DNA of 64,000 nucleotides, taken from positions 1,549-65,548 of the IMG/VR virus record IMGVR_UViG_3300012928_002096; one strand, written 5' to 3'. This stretch comes from a virus. A model generated the notes under the pieces. It saw nothing but the letters and a program-made list of their open reading frames with translations, did not search any database and was not told where the DNA came from. Positions 28,553 to 37,511 of the stretch are shown here, piece after piece. Each line of letters begins with the position of its first letter. Within the stretch, counting starts at the first letter, position 1. The position numbers were made by a program, and so were the translations under genes.

Positions 28553-29003
28553 TACTTAAGGCTGCTTTCATTTCTATTTCTGTTTTAAATGGACCCATAT
28601 ATTCATTTCTTTGTAAAGTAATCAATTTAGGGCAAAAACTTTTAAGCCAATTTACGTTAAATCTCACTAGATAATATCCAGCACAGTATAAACTTTTACT
28701 CTTCCTACTTTTTGTAAACAAAGGTAATTTACTTTGCAAATCATACATACTGTTAAATGGCAATGATCTAGTAGGATAGCCGTGTACTTCTTTATCTGTA
28801 TTATTTTCCGTAGGAATTTTTGCAACAAAAAGATCTTTGCCTAGTTTTCTTTTCAATGCATTTTCACTTTTGTAAAAGTCTATTTTACCTTTTGCACTGA
28901 CAACAAATCCTTCTTCTTCTTTTGCTAGTGTACCAACACGTACACCTGCATCTTCAACAATCCAAAATTTTCCATCTAAAATAGGTTTTGCTTTCACTGT
29001 CAT
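28524..29003 (-). CDS. Hypothetical protein
   Basis: 159-aa ORF, SLYCAGYY motif. Confidence 0.7.
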   Translation of the reverse strand: MTVKAKPILDGKFWIVEDAGVRVGTLAKEEEGFVVSAKGKIDFYKSENALKRKLGKDLFVAKIPTENNTDKEVHGYPTRSLPFNSMYDLQSKLPLFTKSRKSKSLYCAGYYLVRFNVNWLKSFCPKLITLQRNEYMGPFKTEIEMKAALSNVNRASKYQ

Positions 29004-29980
29004 ATATAATACCTCGCTTGTAACGGTTCTGCATATTGTGCCGCATTATCTGCAATACGCTGTAAATCCCACTTAGCACAAAACTTCATAAGTCTCATAC
29101 CTACTTGGCTAACGTTCTTACTGCTTGCTGATTGGATAGTGTTATTTATTTCTTGCTTTATGTTATCTGGTTGTGCAGTCAAATCACATAATGTAACATT
29201 TCTTGTGTAATCATCTAACACACGATGTTCTACACCTTCGTGATCAACCCAACGTTGCAACATCATATTGTTCCAATTGTAGCCTTTACTTTCTTTATCA
29301 GCAAATGCTTCTAGTAAGCCTACTTTGTTCTTTGTACCTTTTTTACGTACACCTGGATATGCACTAAACACGTTATCACTAGTGTCACCACGCATACACT
29401 TTTCAAACAACATAAATTGTGGTTCTGGAGCAGCCTTAGGCTCCTTAGTTTTCTTGTCTATTACAGATTTACCTTTGTCATCAAAGTAACCTTCGTGTGT
29501 AATTGTAACATTTTGTACACCGTTATATTGACGCACATTGGGTGCAATAAGTTGTGCAAAGTCACCATCTGTGCTAACAATCACGTGTTCATCATTTGGA
29601 TGTGCTTGCACCCAACCTGCTATAAGATCATCTGCTTCTAACACAGGATTATGTAAAACTGTGCAGTTTGTTTTGTCTGTAACAAACTCTTTGAACTCAT
29701 CAAATATTTCCCAAAAGATTTTATCTTCTTCTGCCTCACGTGGGCTCATAGCTTCACGATGTTCTTTACGGTTACGCTTGTAAGGCTCATAATAATCTTT
29801 ACGCCAACTACGTCCTTCTAAACAAAAAACAACGTGTGAACCGCTGAAGTCTTGCCACGCTTTCTTAATACTGTTAAGTGTAATGTGCATTGCCATACCT
29901 ACTTTAGTATCAATATCGCCACGTACTACGTGTCTAGCTCTAAAGAAAGTATTTGCTGTATCAATTAGTATGTAAGTCAT
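29000..29980 (-). CDS. rnh: T4-type RNase H / 5'-3' flap exonuclease
   Basis: ILIDTAN, EADD, VSTDGDFAQL, GDTSDNV..AYPG. Confidence 0.9.
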   Translation of the reverse strand: MTYILIDTANTFFRARHVVRGDIDTKVGMAMHITLNSIKKAWQDFSGSHVVFCLEGRSWRKDYYEPYKRNRKEHREAMSPREAEEDKIFWEIFDEFKEFVTDKTNCTVLHNPVLEADDLIAGWVQAHPNDEHVIVSTDGDFAQLIAPNVRQYNGVQNVTITHEGYFDDKGKSVIDKKTKEPKAAPEPQFMLFEKCMRGDTSDNVFSAYPGVRKKGTKNKVGLLEAFADKESKGYNWNNMMLQRWVDHEGVEHRVLDDYTRNVTLCDLTAQPDNIKQEINNTIQSASSKNVSQVGMRLMKFCAKWDLQRIADNAAQYAEPLQARYYI

Positions 29981-30365
29981 AAAACTCTTCTTCTACATAT
30001 CGTTTCAATTCGTGGTCACCAACATTGTCAGGTACTTCGTTTTTGTAAAACAATCTGTAGCTGTCACTGCCGTATTTCCCAATTCCATATAACATTGTAG
30101 CATCATTTCCGTCCCAAGTCAAGAACTCTTTACTCATTCTTTTCAAACGCTTATATCTTACGTTTACCATACCGAGACTTTCGATTATAGTTTTAATTGT
30201 TTTTTCGGGTGTGTTTAAGAAATGTACAGGAGTTGGCGCAGTTGCAAACAACGGAGGTAATACACGTTTTACTTGTTTTCTATTTGTACAATTTAAACAG
30301 ATAACACCTACCATATGTTGCCATACGTTTTCAACTTGCTGTTGAACCATTAGATCGTCACGCAT
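29961..30365 (-). CDS. MBD4-like HhH-GPD DNA glycosylase
   Basis: ICLNCT..KQ, HhH LYGIGKYGSDSYRLF, catalytic-type DHEL. Confidence 0.8.
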   Translation of the reverse strand: MRDDLMVQQQVENVWQHMVGVICLNCTNRKQVKRVLPPLFATAPTPVHFLNTPEKTIKTIIESLGMVNVRYKRLKRMSKEFLTWDGNDATMLYGIGKYGSDSYRLFYKNEVPDNVGDHELKRYVEEEFYDLHTN

Positions 30366-30790
30366 TACGAAACTTCACTTTTTCCTTGATCGATAGGTAC
30401 AACATTAATATAACCTGCGCCTCTATCTGTGTCTATTCCTTCTTCTACAAACATATTGTAAACAATATCTTTGAACCATCTATCAACAATTTGTTCTTCA
30501 GCATCGCCTTTTTCGCCATAGCCTGCGCCAATAAGTTGTTCAATAAAATATTTGTTCCAATCTAATTCAAAAAAACCATTTCTTACGTTATCTTGGTTAA
30601 CTTTGACATCAAGTACATTTACCCACGGTTCTTTCTTTTTTGTAGCATATGCTTTAGGATCACGAACTTTTAACTGTTCCATTTCTTTGGCTTCTAAAGC
30701 AGCCTTCTCTTCTGAAATACGCTGTTCTTCTTCTGCAATGCGTTTTTCTTCTGCTTCAATGCCAGTTACTTTTTTAAGCCATTGTTTCAT
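30365..30790 (-). CDS. Hypothetical phage protein
   Basis: 140 aa, FFELDWN...VDRWF. Confidence 0.7.
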   Translation of the reverse strand: MKQWLKKVTGIEAEEKRIAEEEQRISEEKAALEAKEMEQLKVRDPKAYATKKKEPWVNVLDVKVNQDNVRNGFFELDWNKYFIEQLIGAGYGEKGDAEEQIVDRWFKDIVYNMFVEEGIDTDRGAGYINVVPIDQGKSEVS

Positions 30791-30985
30791 TTATTTTCCA
30801 TTCACTGCTGGTATTCTATCAGCCCAAGGAAAACCATTTACAAGTTTTCTTAGTTCTGCACCTTCAAAGTTTTCCATACCAAGATAATGTGCAAGGGTTT
30901 CATTCTCAGGATCTATTTTGCTTAGTTCCCTAGTTAGATTATTGATCATATCATAATCCATTTGTGTTTTAATGTGCTTTCCCAT
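30791..30985 (-). CDS. Small hypothetical protein
   Basis: 64 aa, TAATG coupling with the upstream ORF. Confidence 0.6.
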   Translation of the reverse strand: MGKHIKTQMDYDMINNLTRELSKIDPENETLAHYLGMENFEGAELRKLVNGFPWADRIPAVNGK

Positions 30986-31143
30986 TAGTACTCCACTGTT
31001 TGTTTAAGATAATTAACTTCGACTTGTTTTGCGCCTAACGTATCGTCATATGATTCTTCCATTCTGTACGATACGCCTTGCTTATACAATTTTACATTTA
31101 GTTTGTTTATTTCTTTAACCATTGTATTGAGGTCTTTTACCAT
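30985..31143 (-). CDS. Small hypothetical protein (below ORF-track cutoff)
   Basis: MVKDLNTMVKEINKLNVKLYKQG...QTVEY*, 52 aa, stop overlaps the next ATG. Confidence 0.5.
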   Translation of the reverse strand: MVKDLNTMVKEINKLNVKLYKQGVSYRMEESYDDTLGAKQVEVNYLKQTVEY

Positions 31144-31236
31144 TTCGGCTACTTTTGGATCTTTCTTATTAATTTCCTTATTTTTTCATATTCCTCATCG
31201 CTTCTAATACCGTTAGGAACACTGTCAATATTCTTT

Positions 31237-32133
31237 TTAAGTTCCCCAGGCATTTCCGAATAAGCTGATGTGGAGTCTAGGCGAGAACCTCCACCCTCGT
31301 TCCATACAGAGGTCCGCCACCTCTTGTACGTTGAGAGTGTATTCTTCCGACCTACCCCCAAGCGGCATAAGATATACAGGAACGTTGACACCTGCTTCAC
31401 GATAGGCACTAACAGCTCTAGCGACTTCGTCAACATCGTCTTGATCAGCGACAACAAACTTGAGATACATATCGCTGCCGTTAACACGCCTATAGTCAGC
31501 AGCCACAGCAGGCTTAATAGCAGTTTCCCAAGGTTCTCCGCTAACGCTAAGTTTTGGGGAACAAGACCAAGTGACTTCAAATCTGTCTTGAGTGTTGAGG
31601 TAGTCATAGAAATCATCTTTAAGATGTTGTGTAGTATTTGTTTCAAATGTGACATTTTTCAAATCCCTCATCCGTGGATGTTCAAATAATTCTACGTACA
31701 GTCGTTGCCACGCCAACAACGGTTCGCCACCAGTCATAATCAAATGTACATCTTGGCCATTATCCATTGTCCATTTGCCTTCTGGTAATAAACTTAGTAA
31801 ATGTTCTACAACTTCATCTACATCTTTAAGCATATTGAAATGTTTAAATTCTGGATAGATACTTGCATATGTATCACAACCTGTGTGTACAATAGGCAGA
31901 TCATTAAATTCTTTTGTAGTTTCGTGAATGCCATCAGCAAGTAATTGCTTTACTTCTGCATTGTAACGTTCACCACGCTTGTGTTGTTCCCAACGATCGC
32001 CAACGCTTTTATCAACACCAAAATTCATACAGCGAAAGTTACAACCGAAGGTACGTAGGAATACACTAGGTACTCCTACAAACTTGCCTTCGCCTTGTAC
32101 ACTATAAAATGCTTCACTATAGCGTAACTTCAT
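31237..32133 (-). CDS. queE: 7-carboxy-7-deazaguanine synthase QueE (radical SAM)
   Basis: EAFYSVQGEG..GVPSVFLRTFGCNFRC...GCDT, MTGGEP, FETN, SCSPKL, FSPRLHISLFG. Confidence 0.93.
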   Translation of the reverse strand: MKLRYSEAFYSVQGEGKFVGVPSVFLRTFGCNFRCMNFGVDKSVGDRWEQHKRGERYNAEVKQLLADGIHETTKEFNDLPIVHTGCDTYASIYPEFKHFNMLKDVDEVVEHLLSLLPEGKWTMDNGQDVHLIMTGGEPLLAWQRLYVELFEHPRMRDLKNVTFETNTTQHLKDDFYDYLNTQDRFEVTWSCSPKLSVSGEPWETAIKPAVAADYRRVNGSDMYLKFVVADQDDVDEVARAVSAYREAGVNVPVYLMPLGGRSEEYTLNVQEVADLCMERGWRFSPRLHISLFGNAWGT

Positions 32134-32297
32134 TATAGTTCCTCCGCAATACCGAGGACTTCAGCAACAAGTAAACCTAAGGCTAACCAACCCCAACTAC
32201 CTGTTGCTAAAGCAACTACGCATCCTGCGATACGTACACCACTTTTTACTAAACTAATATAAAAGTGTTTTTTACTTACATCTACTGGTTCTGCCAT
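32133..32297 (-). CDS. Small membrane protein
   Basis: MAEPVDVSKKHFYISLVKSGVRIAGC...AEVLGIAEEL*, 54 aa, TAATG-coupled on both sides. Confidence 0.7.
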   Translation of the reverse strand: MAEPVDVSKKHFYISLVKSGVRIAGCVVALATGSWGWLALGLLVAEVLGIAEEL

Positions 32298-33004
32298 TAT
32301 GACCCCTGTGCAAATTGCTGTTGTAGTTTAACGTTATCGATAAACTCTTTTTTAGTTGCTGGATCATTTTTAAATGCACCACGTAACACTGTAGTTTGTG
32401 TTAAACTACTGTGTGCTTTGATACCTCTATTTTCACAACAACCGTGCGTGGCTTGTACATAAACACCAACATTTTCACTTCCTGTATGTTTCTGAATTTC
32501 ATCAGCAATCATTACATTTAGTTCTTCTTGTAGTGTTCCACGCATAGCACACCACTGTGCAATACGTGTGTATTTACTCAAACCTAGTAACTTAGGACCA
32601 GCAATAATACCAATGTATGCTACACCTTTAACAGTTTGGTGATGATGTGAACACAAACTTGTAAGTTCACTACGCACAACCAACATACCTTCATAACCTT
32701 CACCTTCATTTACATAATTAGGAAAAGCATTAGGTGCTGGCATTGGATTATATCGACCAGACATAATTTCGTTGACATACATTTTTGCCATACGTCTACC
32801 AGTGTCAATACTGTTAGGATCGTTCTCAGTATCGATAATCAATGTTTGTAAAACATCTTCAAACTTATAAGCAAGTTCGTTCTTGATCTCTTCAAGTTCC
32901 CACTCGCTTATGTGTTCACTAATATTATCATTTGCAAAAAAACGCACGTTATTTTTTTTAAGTCTTTCACGTACAACTTGACTGACTTTTACTTCTTCTG
33001 TCAT
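32297..33004 (-). CDS. folE: GTP cyclohydrolase I
   Basis: SLCSHH, GLSKYTR, LQEEL, ATHGCCENRG. Confidence 0.95.
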   Translation of the reverse strand: MTEEVKVSQVVRERLKKNNVRFFANDNISEHISEWELEEIKNELAYKFEDVLQTLIIDTENDPNSIDTGRRMAKMYVNEIMSGRYNPMPAPNAFPNYVNEGEGYEGMLVVRSELTSLCSHHHQTVKGVAYIGIIAGPKLLGLSKYTRIAQWCAMRGTLQEELNVMIADEIQKHTGSENVGVYVQATHGCCENRGIKAHSSLTQTTVLRGAFKNDPATKKEFIDNVKLQQQFAQGS

Positions 33005-33042
33005 TTAATTCTCCGAGTTATAGACGAGGATGTCTATTGTTT

Positions 33043-33071
33043 ATAGTAACACTATTTAGATCTTTTGTCAA
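33043..33071 (-). promoter_or_regulatory. sigma70-type promoter upstream of folE-queE, with embedded TAAATA
   Basis: TTGACA-AAAGATCTAAATAGTGT-TACTAT (17-nt spacer, TG extension). Confidence 0.7.
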
Positions 33072-33074
33072 CAA

Positions 33075-33281
33075 TTAACTAAAATATTTTTCAATCATTT
33101 CAATTCTATCACTGGCTGCCGCCATAGTGTCTAATTCATTTTGTATTGCTTCTACAATATCTGCGTGTTCGCCTATGCCAACACTTTGATTCATATATAC
33201 CATAATATTCGTTTTAGCTCTTTCTAGCTCGCCTTCGGCGTGCATCCTGGCAGCTTTGGCTAATTGTTCACTCATACTCAT
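33075..33281 (-). CDS. Small helical hypothetical protein
   Basis: 68 aa, VGIGEHADI motif. Confidence 0.75.
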   Translation of the reverse strand: MSMSEQLAKAARMHAEGELERAKTNIMVYMNQSVGIGEHADIVEAIQNELDTMAAASDRIEMIEKYFS

Positions 33282-33409
33282 TGGCTTTTCTCCTTTTTTA
33301 GTCTCTGTCTCTCTTCATATTGAGCTTTCTTTTCGAGGTATTGTTCCTCAGTTAAGCTATGCCAACCAATACATCTACCAGTTGGACTTCTTCCGCACCC
33401 ACAACTCAT
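33278..33409 (-). CDS. CDGSH-like Fe-S/Zn microprotein
   Basis: MSCGCGRSPTGRCIGWHSL..., 43 aa, GGAGGG RBS, ATGA overlap. Confidence 0.65.
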   Translation of the reverse strand: MSCGCGRSPTGRCIGWHSLTEEQYLEKKAQYEERQRLKKEKSQ

Positions 33410-33439
33410 ATTTCCCTCCTTGTTGTTTATAATTATTTA

Positions 33440-33967
33440 TTAATCATATTCCCAAGGAAAAACAATCCAAGTATCTTTTTCGCTAGTATCTATTTCTTCC
33501 CATACATAGTCTACATTGCCAAAATTTGTGTGTGTTTTCTCGCACATTGTAGCAAAACGGACATTTTCGTGCCAAACATCTTCCCACCCTATGCTATCAG
33601 GTAAACAACCCGATTCCCAGTCTTGTTTGATCCAATCAAACGTAGCGCCTGTGTCGTTGATATCATCTACAACTAATATTTGTTTACGCATTTTTGGTTT
33701 ACATTTTCCATCGTGATAACCTAGTGCATCTTCAGCCATCCATAAATTACTTTCTGGCTGTTCTTTACTATCACGTAAACGCACATCTAGTGTGTAATGA
33801 TTACAGTCTAGTAGGTGGCTTAATATTACACTTAAAGGCAATCCGCCTCTATTAAGTCCTACAATGTAATTAGGACGAAAATTATTTTTGTACATTTCAA
33901 GTGCTAACTTATGAGCGCATTTTTGTACATCATCCCAAGAATAATATTTCCTGTCTATTTTTTCCAT
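33440..33967 (-). CDS. Purine phosphoribosyltransferase (Gpt/Hpt-like, type I PRTase)
   Basis: IVGLNRGG, ILVVDDINDTGAT, WIVFPWE. Confidence 0.88.
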   Translation of the reverse strand: MEKIDRKYYSWDDVQKCAHKLALEMYKNNFRPNYIVGLNRGGLPLSVILSHLLDCNHYTLDVRLRDSKEQPESNLWMAEDALGYHDGKCKPKMRKQILVVDDINDTGATFDWIKQDWESGCLPDSIGWEDVWHENVRFATMCEKTHTNFGNVDYVWEEIDTSEKDTWIVFPWEYD

Positions 33968-34176
33968 TCGTCCATCTCTGTTTTTATTTCAGTAATTTTT
34001 TCGTGTGCAATGCCACGTGCCATTTCTTGCACTTGTTCTAGCATATGTTTACAAGTTGCGGCATCATATTTTTTATTGCTTATTTCAGAAAATTCATTCC
34101 GTACTCTGTGTGCTTGTATGCACAAATCTTTCATTGCATTGATTCTATCAATCCATTGCTCGATACTATGTTGCAT
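33955..34176 (-). CDS. Small hypothetical protein
   Basis: 73-aa coupled ORF. Confidence 0.65.
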   Translation of the reverse strand: MQHSIEQWIDRINAMKDLCIQAHRVRNEFSEISNKKYDAATCKHMLEQVQEMARGIAHEKITEIKTEMDEWKK

Positions 34177-34544
34177 TAAAATGGAACCTCTTCTTCATTT
34201 TTTCTGTTACCAACATAATCCTGATGTACCATTGCATATATGCTTTTAAAATTTTCATATGCTTTTTGTAATGCAGGATATTCATTACACATATCTTCTA
34301 CTTTGGATACTTCTGGCATTATATCTTCAAAAACAACTGGCGTATTATATCCAGTTAGTGTATAAACTTGATCTTCACCTGTTAATAAAGTATCTACAGT
34401 ATTTGTATCAATTGTAATAGTATCGGTTGAACTTATTGATGTTAAATCTATATCATATAAAGGATCGTACGTTGTTGTAACTTGAACATCGCTATCAATA
34501 AGATCCTCAGTAGTTATATGTACAGTTTCAGCGTGATCTCGCAT
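34176..34544 (-). CDS. Acidic hypothetical protein
   Basis: 122-aa coupled ORF. Confidence 0.65.
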   Translation of the reverse strand: MRDHAETVHITTEDLIDSDVQVTTTYDPLYDIDLTSISSTDTITIDTNTVDTLLTGEDQVYTLTGYNTPVVFEDIMPEVSKVEDMCNEYPALQKAYENFKSIYAMVHQDYVGNRKNEEEVPF

Positions 34545-34819
34545 TATAGATACCCCATATTTTCCATATGTCCTCTAAGATTTTCAATTGCCTCTAATAC
34601 ACCTGGCCAATCTTCATTTTGAATCATTTCACGTGCATCTCTACAATCTTCAAGCAATTGGGGATTTTCAGGCCACTCTTGAATATTATCTAAAATATGT
34701 TTTGCTTCTTCTTCAAACCACATTATACCTTCCAAAAATTCACCATCGTCTAAATATTCGATGGCACGTAAAACCCAGTAATATAAATTATCAGTTCCTT
34801 TTAGTTCACTCGAGTGCAT
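34544..34819 (-). CDS. Hypothetical protein
   Basis: 91-aa coupled ORF. Confidence 0.65.
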   Translation of the reverse strand: MHSSELKGTDNLYYWVLRAIEYLDDGEFLEGIMWFEEEAKHILDNIQEWPENPQLLEDCRDAREMIQNEDWPGVLEAIENLRGHMENMGYL

Positions 34820-35681
34820 TTCTGCTCCTTTCTAATTTGTATTGATCAAGACACATATCCTCAATCGTTTTTTCTAGTGTTACAAGGTCACTTAAATTAT
34901 CAACAACACTTGTAACAGCATCACCTTCTCTTCTTGGTGCCTCTACAGTAATTATTGATTTACCTGTAACTTTCTCCATAGTATTGATAACTTCACGTAC
35001 ACTATATCCTACGTTAGAACCAAGACATTCATAGTCTGTATTAGCTGGTCCTCGTTCAACGGCATTAGCAATGGCACTAGCCAAATCAGCAATGTGAATA
35101 TAATCACGAATACAAGTACCATCCCTAGTATCATAGTCCACGCCAAAGATCTTAAGGTCGGGTAGTTTCTCAGCAGCCACCATAGCAGCAACACGAATAA
35201 GATGGGTAGGAACGCCCAATTGACGATTATGCCCGTCAGTACCAGATACGTTAAAAAATCTAAATATAGTGTATCCATCAGCTTTCTCCTTTATTACATC
35301 TTCTGCGGCTACTTTGCTACGTGCATATGGACTTGCCATTTCCCAAGCACTACTTGTACTAGCAAACAAAACGTGTGGGCAAGTTGTCTTATTTAGAAGA
35401 TTTAGTGTACCCATTACATTTACTCTATAGTATTCACTAGGCTCCTTCATACTATCTGGCACAACACTACGGCCTGCTAAATGCACAATAGCATCATAAA
35501 TGCCACCAACATATTGCCCAGTAATATCAACATTATGAAAATCATCACAGTATGCAGATACATCATTGTGTTCGCCGTGAATATTAATATCCCAACCAAC
35601 AACAAAATGTCCACGTTCTTTTAGTAGTTTACAAACGTGACTACCTATGTATCCTGTTGCACCTGTAACTAAAACTTTCAA
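34806..35681 (-). CDS. galE: UDP-glucose 4-epimerase-like NAD-dependent epimerase
   Basis: TGATGYIGSH, HLAG, ASTS, YARSK, FRFFNV, GTCIRDYIH. Confidence 0.88.
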   Translation of the reverse strand: MKVLVTGATGYIGSHVCKLLKERGHFVVGWDINIHGEHNDVSAYCDDFHNVDITGQYVGGIYDAIVHLAGRSVVPDSMKEPSEYYRVNVMGTLNLLNKTTCPHVLFASTSSAWEMASPYARSKVAAEDVIKEKADGYTIFRFFNVSGTDGHNRQLGVPTHLIRVAAMVAAEKLPDLKIFGVDYDTRDGTCIRDYIHIADLASAIANAVERGPANTDYECLGSNVGYSVREVINTMEKVTGKSIITVEAPRREGDAVTSVVDNLSDLVTLEKTIEDMCLDQYKLERSRNALE

Positions 35682-36841
35682 TACTTTGTCTCCGCTACGT
35701 GATCTCTATAACGATTGCTATCTCTACGCCACTGTTCACCGTTGCCTTGCATAATATCAATATAACGATCAATTGTTGCACTAGTCCAATCACTAATCTT
35801 ACCTAAGTCTTTGTGTGGAGAATCTAGCAATGGCTGTAGTTTGTTGACTGCATCTTCTGTACTCCAAGGAACATACATTCTTGTGTAATCGTTTGCAAAT
35901 ATTTCAGGAAAACTTCTATATGCAGGAAACAATACATTACAACCTAATGCATCTGCTTCACTTACTGTATTACTTGTCCAGTCTTGTAATGCACAGTTAA
36001 ATAAAACTTTACTATGATTTACAATATGATAGTAATCATTCTTTTTTAAGTTTTCATAAATTTTTAAGCAACCTGCTTTTTCAAGAGCTCTTGCTCTATC
36101 AATATACTTTATATTGTTACTTCTTAATGGACCACCTTGTAGAATAGCAAACTCAATATCTGCATCATTGAGTTGTTCAGCAATATCCATAAAAAAATCT
36201 GGCTGTTTTTCTTGATCAAAACGTGCCGCAAATACTACACGATTTTCACGTTCGTCCCAAGGCTTAATTTCGCCTACTCTAAGTTGCACTTCTGTTTTAT
36301 CAAACGCAAGTCCACTTATGTTGTAAATAGGTGCTTTCCAGTTTGCTATTTTCATATGTGCAACCATTTCTTCATTACTTGCTAATACGCCTGTAACAAA
36401 CTCATTGCACATTTCTTCATACAAACTCATCCACTTGCCCATACCCCAAACGTGTACAAAGTCATCTGGATCTACAGCCTGTGCTAAACAACGTATCCAA
36501 ACTTGCGGGCGTTGTTCTGCTGGAATCTGATCCATAATGTAAGGCAACGATTCCATACCAGGCTGAAACATATCTTCAAAGAATACAACATCTTCGCCTG
36601 TAACTTCACCGTTACGCATCATTTGCACTAAGTTCATCATTTGCGACATTGCAAAGTAAGAACGGCCGTGTGCATCTAACACCTGACCGACTTGAATTGC
36701 TTTTGTGTTATCAATAGTAGTACCAGGCACACTAACCCAGTCGATGTCACGTCTTAAAAACGCTCTTCGTGACCACTCTTCTAACTGTAATGTGTACCTG
36801 CCTTCATAAGGCTCTAAGCCCATATAAAACAGTTTTCTCAT
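35678..36841 (-). CDS. GT-B (GT4-like) glycosyltransferase
   Basis: VVFAARFDQEKQP, LFNCALQDWTSNTVSEADALGCNVLFP. Confidence 0.82.
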   Translation of the reverse strand: MRKLFYMGLEPYEGRYTLQLEEWSRRAFLRRDIDWVSVPGTTIDNTKAIQVGQVLDAHGRSYFAMSQMMNLVQMMRNGEVTGEDVVFFEDMFQPGMESLPYIMDQIPAEQRPQVWIRCLAQAVDPDDFVHVWGMGKWMSLYEEMCNEFVTGVLASNEEMVAHMKIANWKAPIYNISGLAFDKTEVQLRVGEIKPWDERENRVVFAARFDQEKQPDFFMDIAEQLNDADIEFAILQGGPLRSNNIKYIDRARALEKAGCLKIYENLKKNDYYHIVNHSKVLFNCALQDWTSNTVSEADALGCNVLFPAYRSFPEIFANDYTRMYVPWSTEDAVNKLQPLLDSPHKDLGKISDWTSATIDRYIDIMQGNGEQWRRDSNRYRDHVAETKY

Positions 36842-37029
36842 TAATTACGTCCTTTATTCCGATTCTTAGCTCGGATCCAGTTTTTATATTTGGTGAAGGC
36901 CTGCCAAACACGGGCATCTTTTTTGTAAAGATCTGCCTGGTTAAATGGATAACCTTCTGTACGACAAAAATCGTGCAGTTCGTCTAAGTCGTTAAAGATT
37001 TTATTAACGACAGGATTTTTGATAGTCAT
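36841..37029 (-). CDS. Small hypothetical protein
   Basis: 62 aa, AAGGA RBS. Confidence 0.7.
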   Translation of the reverse strand: MTIKNPVVNKIFNDLDELHDFCRTEGYPFNQADLYKKDARVWQAFTKYKNWIRAKNRNKGRN

Positions 37030-37033
37030 TTCC

Positions 37034-37507
37034 TTAATAATCCTTTTTTGCTTCTAAGTTAGGATAAATGATTGAACAGCCGTTTTCGCCATCTTCGGCG
37101 ACATCAATTACAACAAACCGGCCTGGATATTTGTTGTTAATCTGTGTATACAAGTCATCTGCTATCATTTCACAAGACTTGTGGTTGAGTTCGATAGTTT
37201 TATCATCATATAAACTTTCTAACCAACGCTTGAATTGAATAAATTCAATATCTCTATCATTGTGCGTAACTTCAATTTGCACTTTGAAATGAAAGATGTG
37301 TCTATGTGCTACACCTAAAAAACTTACATCGTCCCAGCCACCTGTTGCTAGTGCTGGATCGTCTTTTGCCGCAGGATATAAATGTATACCTTCTTTACGA
37401 AATGTAACCCATATACTACGTTTTGCAATTTCTAATGTTTTATTCAATTTTGCATTTTCCTCTCTAAAGCGCCTTAACATATATTCATAATAACGTTCTT
37501 GGCTCAT
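37034..37507 (-). CDS. QueD/PTPS-paralog T-fold protein, DpdL-like (putative CDG decarboxylase)
   Basis: EGIH, LGVAHRHIF (LxxxHRHxF in place of QueD CxxxHGH), SCEMIA, VAEDGENG. Confidence 0.7.
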   Translation of the reverse strand: MSQERYYEYMLRRFREENAKLNKTLEIAKRSIWVTFRKEGIHLYPAAKDDPALATGGWDDVSFLGVAHRHIFHFKVQIEVTHNDRDIEFIQFKRWLESLYDDKTIELNHKSCEMIADDLYTQINNKYPGRFVVIDVAEDGENGCSIIYPNLEAKKDY

Positions 37508-37511
37508 ATTG

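Noticed and set aside
37034-37507. Naming this gene canonical queD
   Set aside because: It lacks the CxxxHGH catalytic motif and has LxxxHRHxF instead
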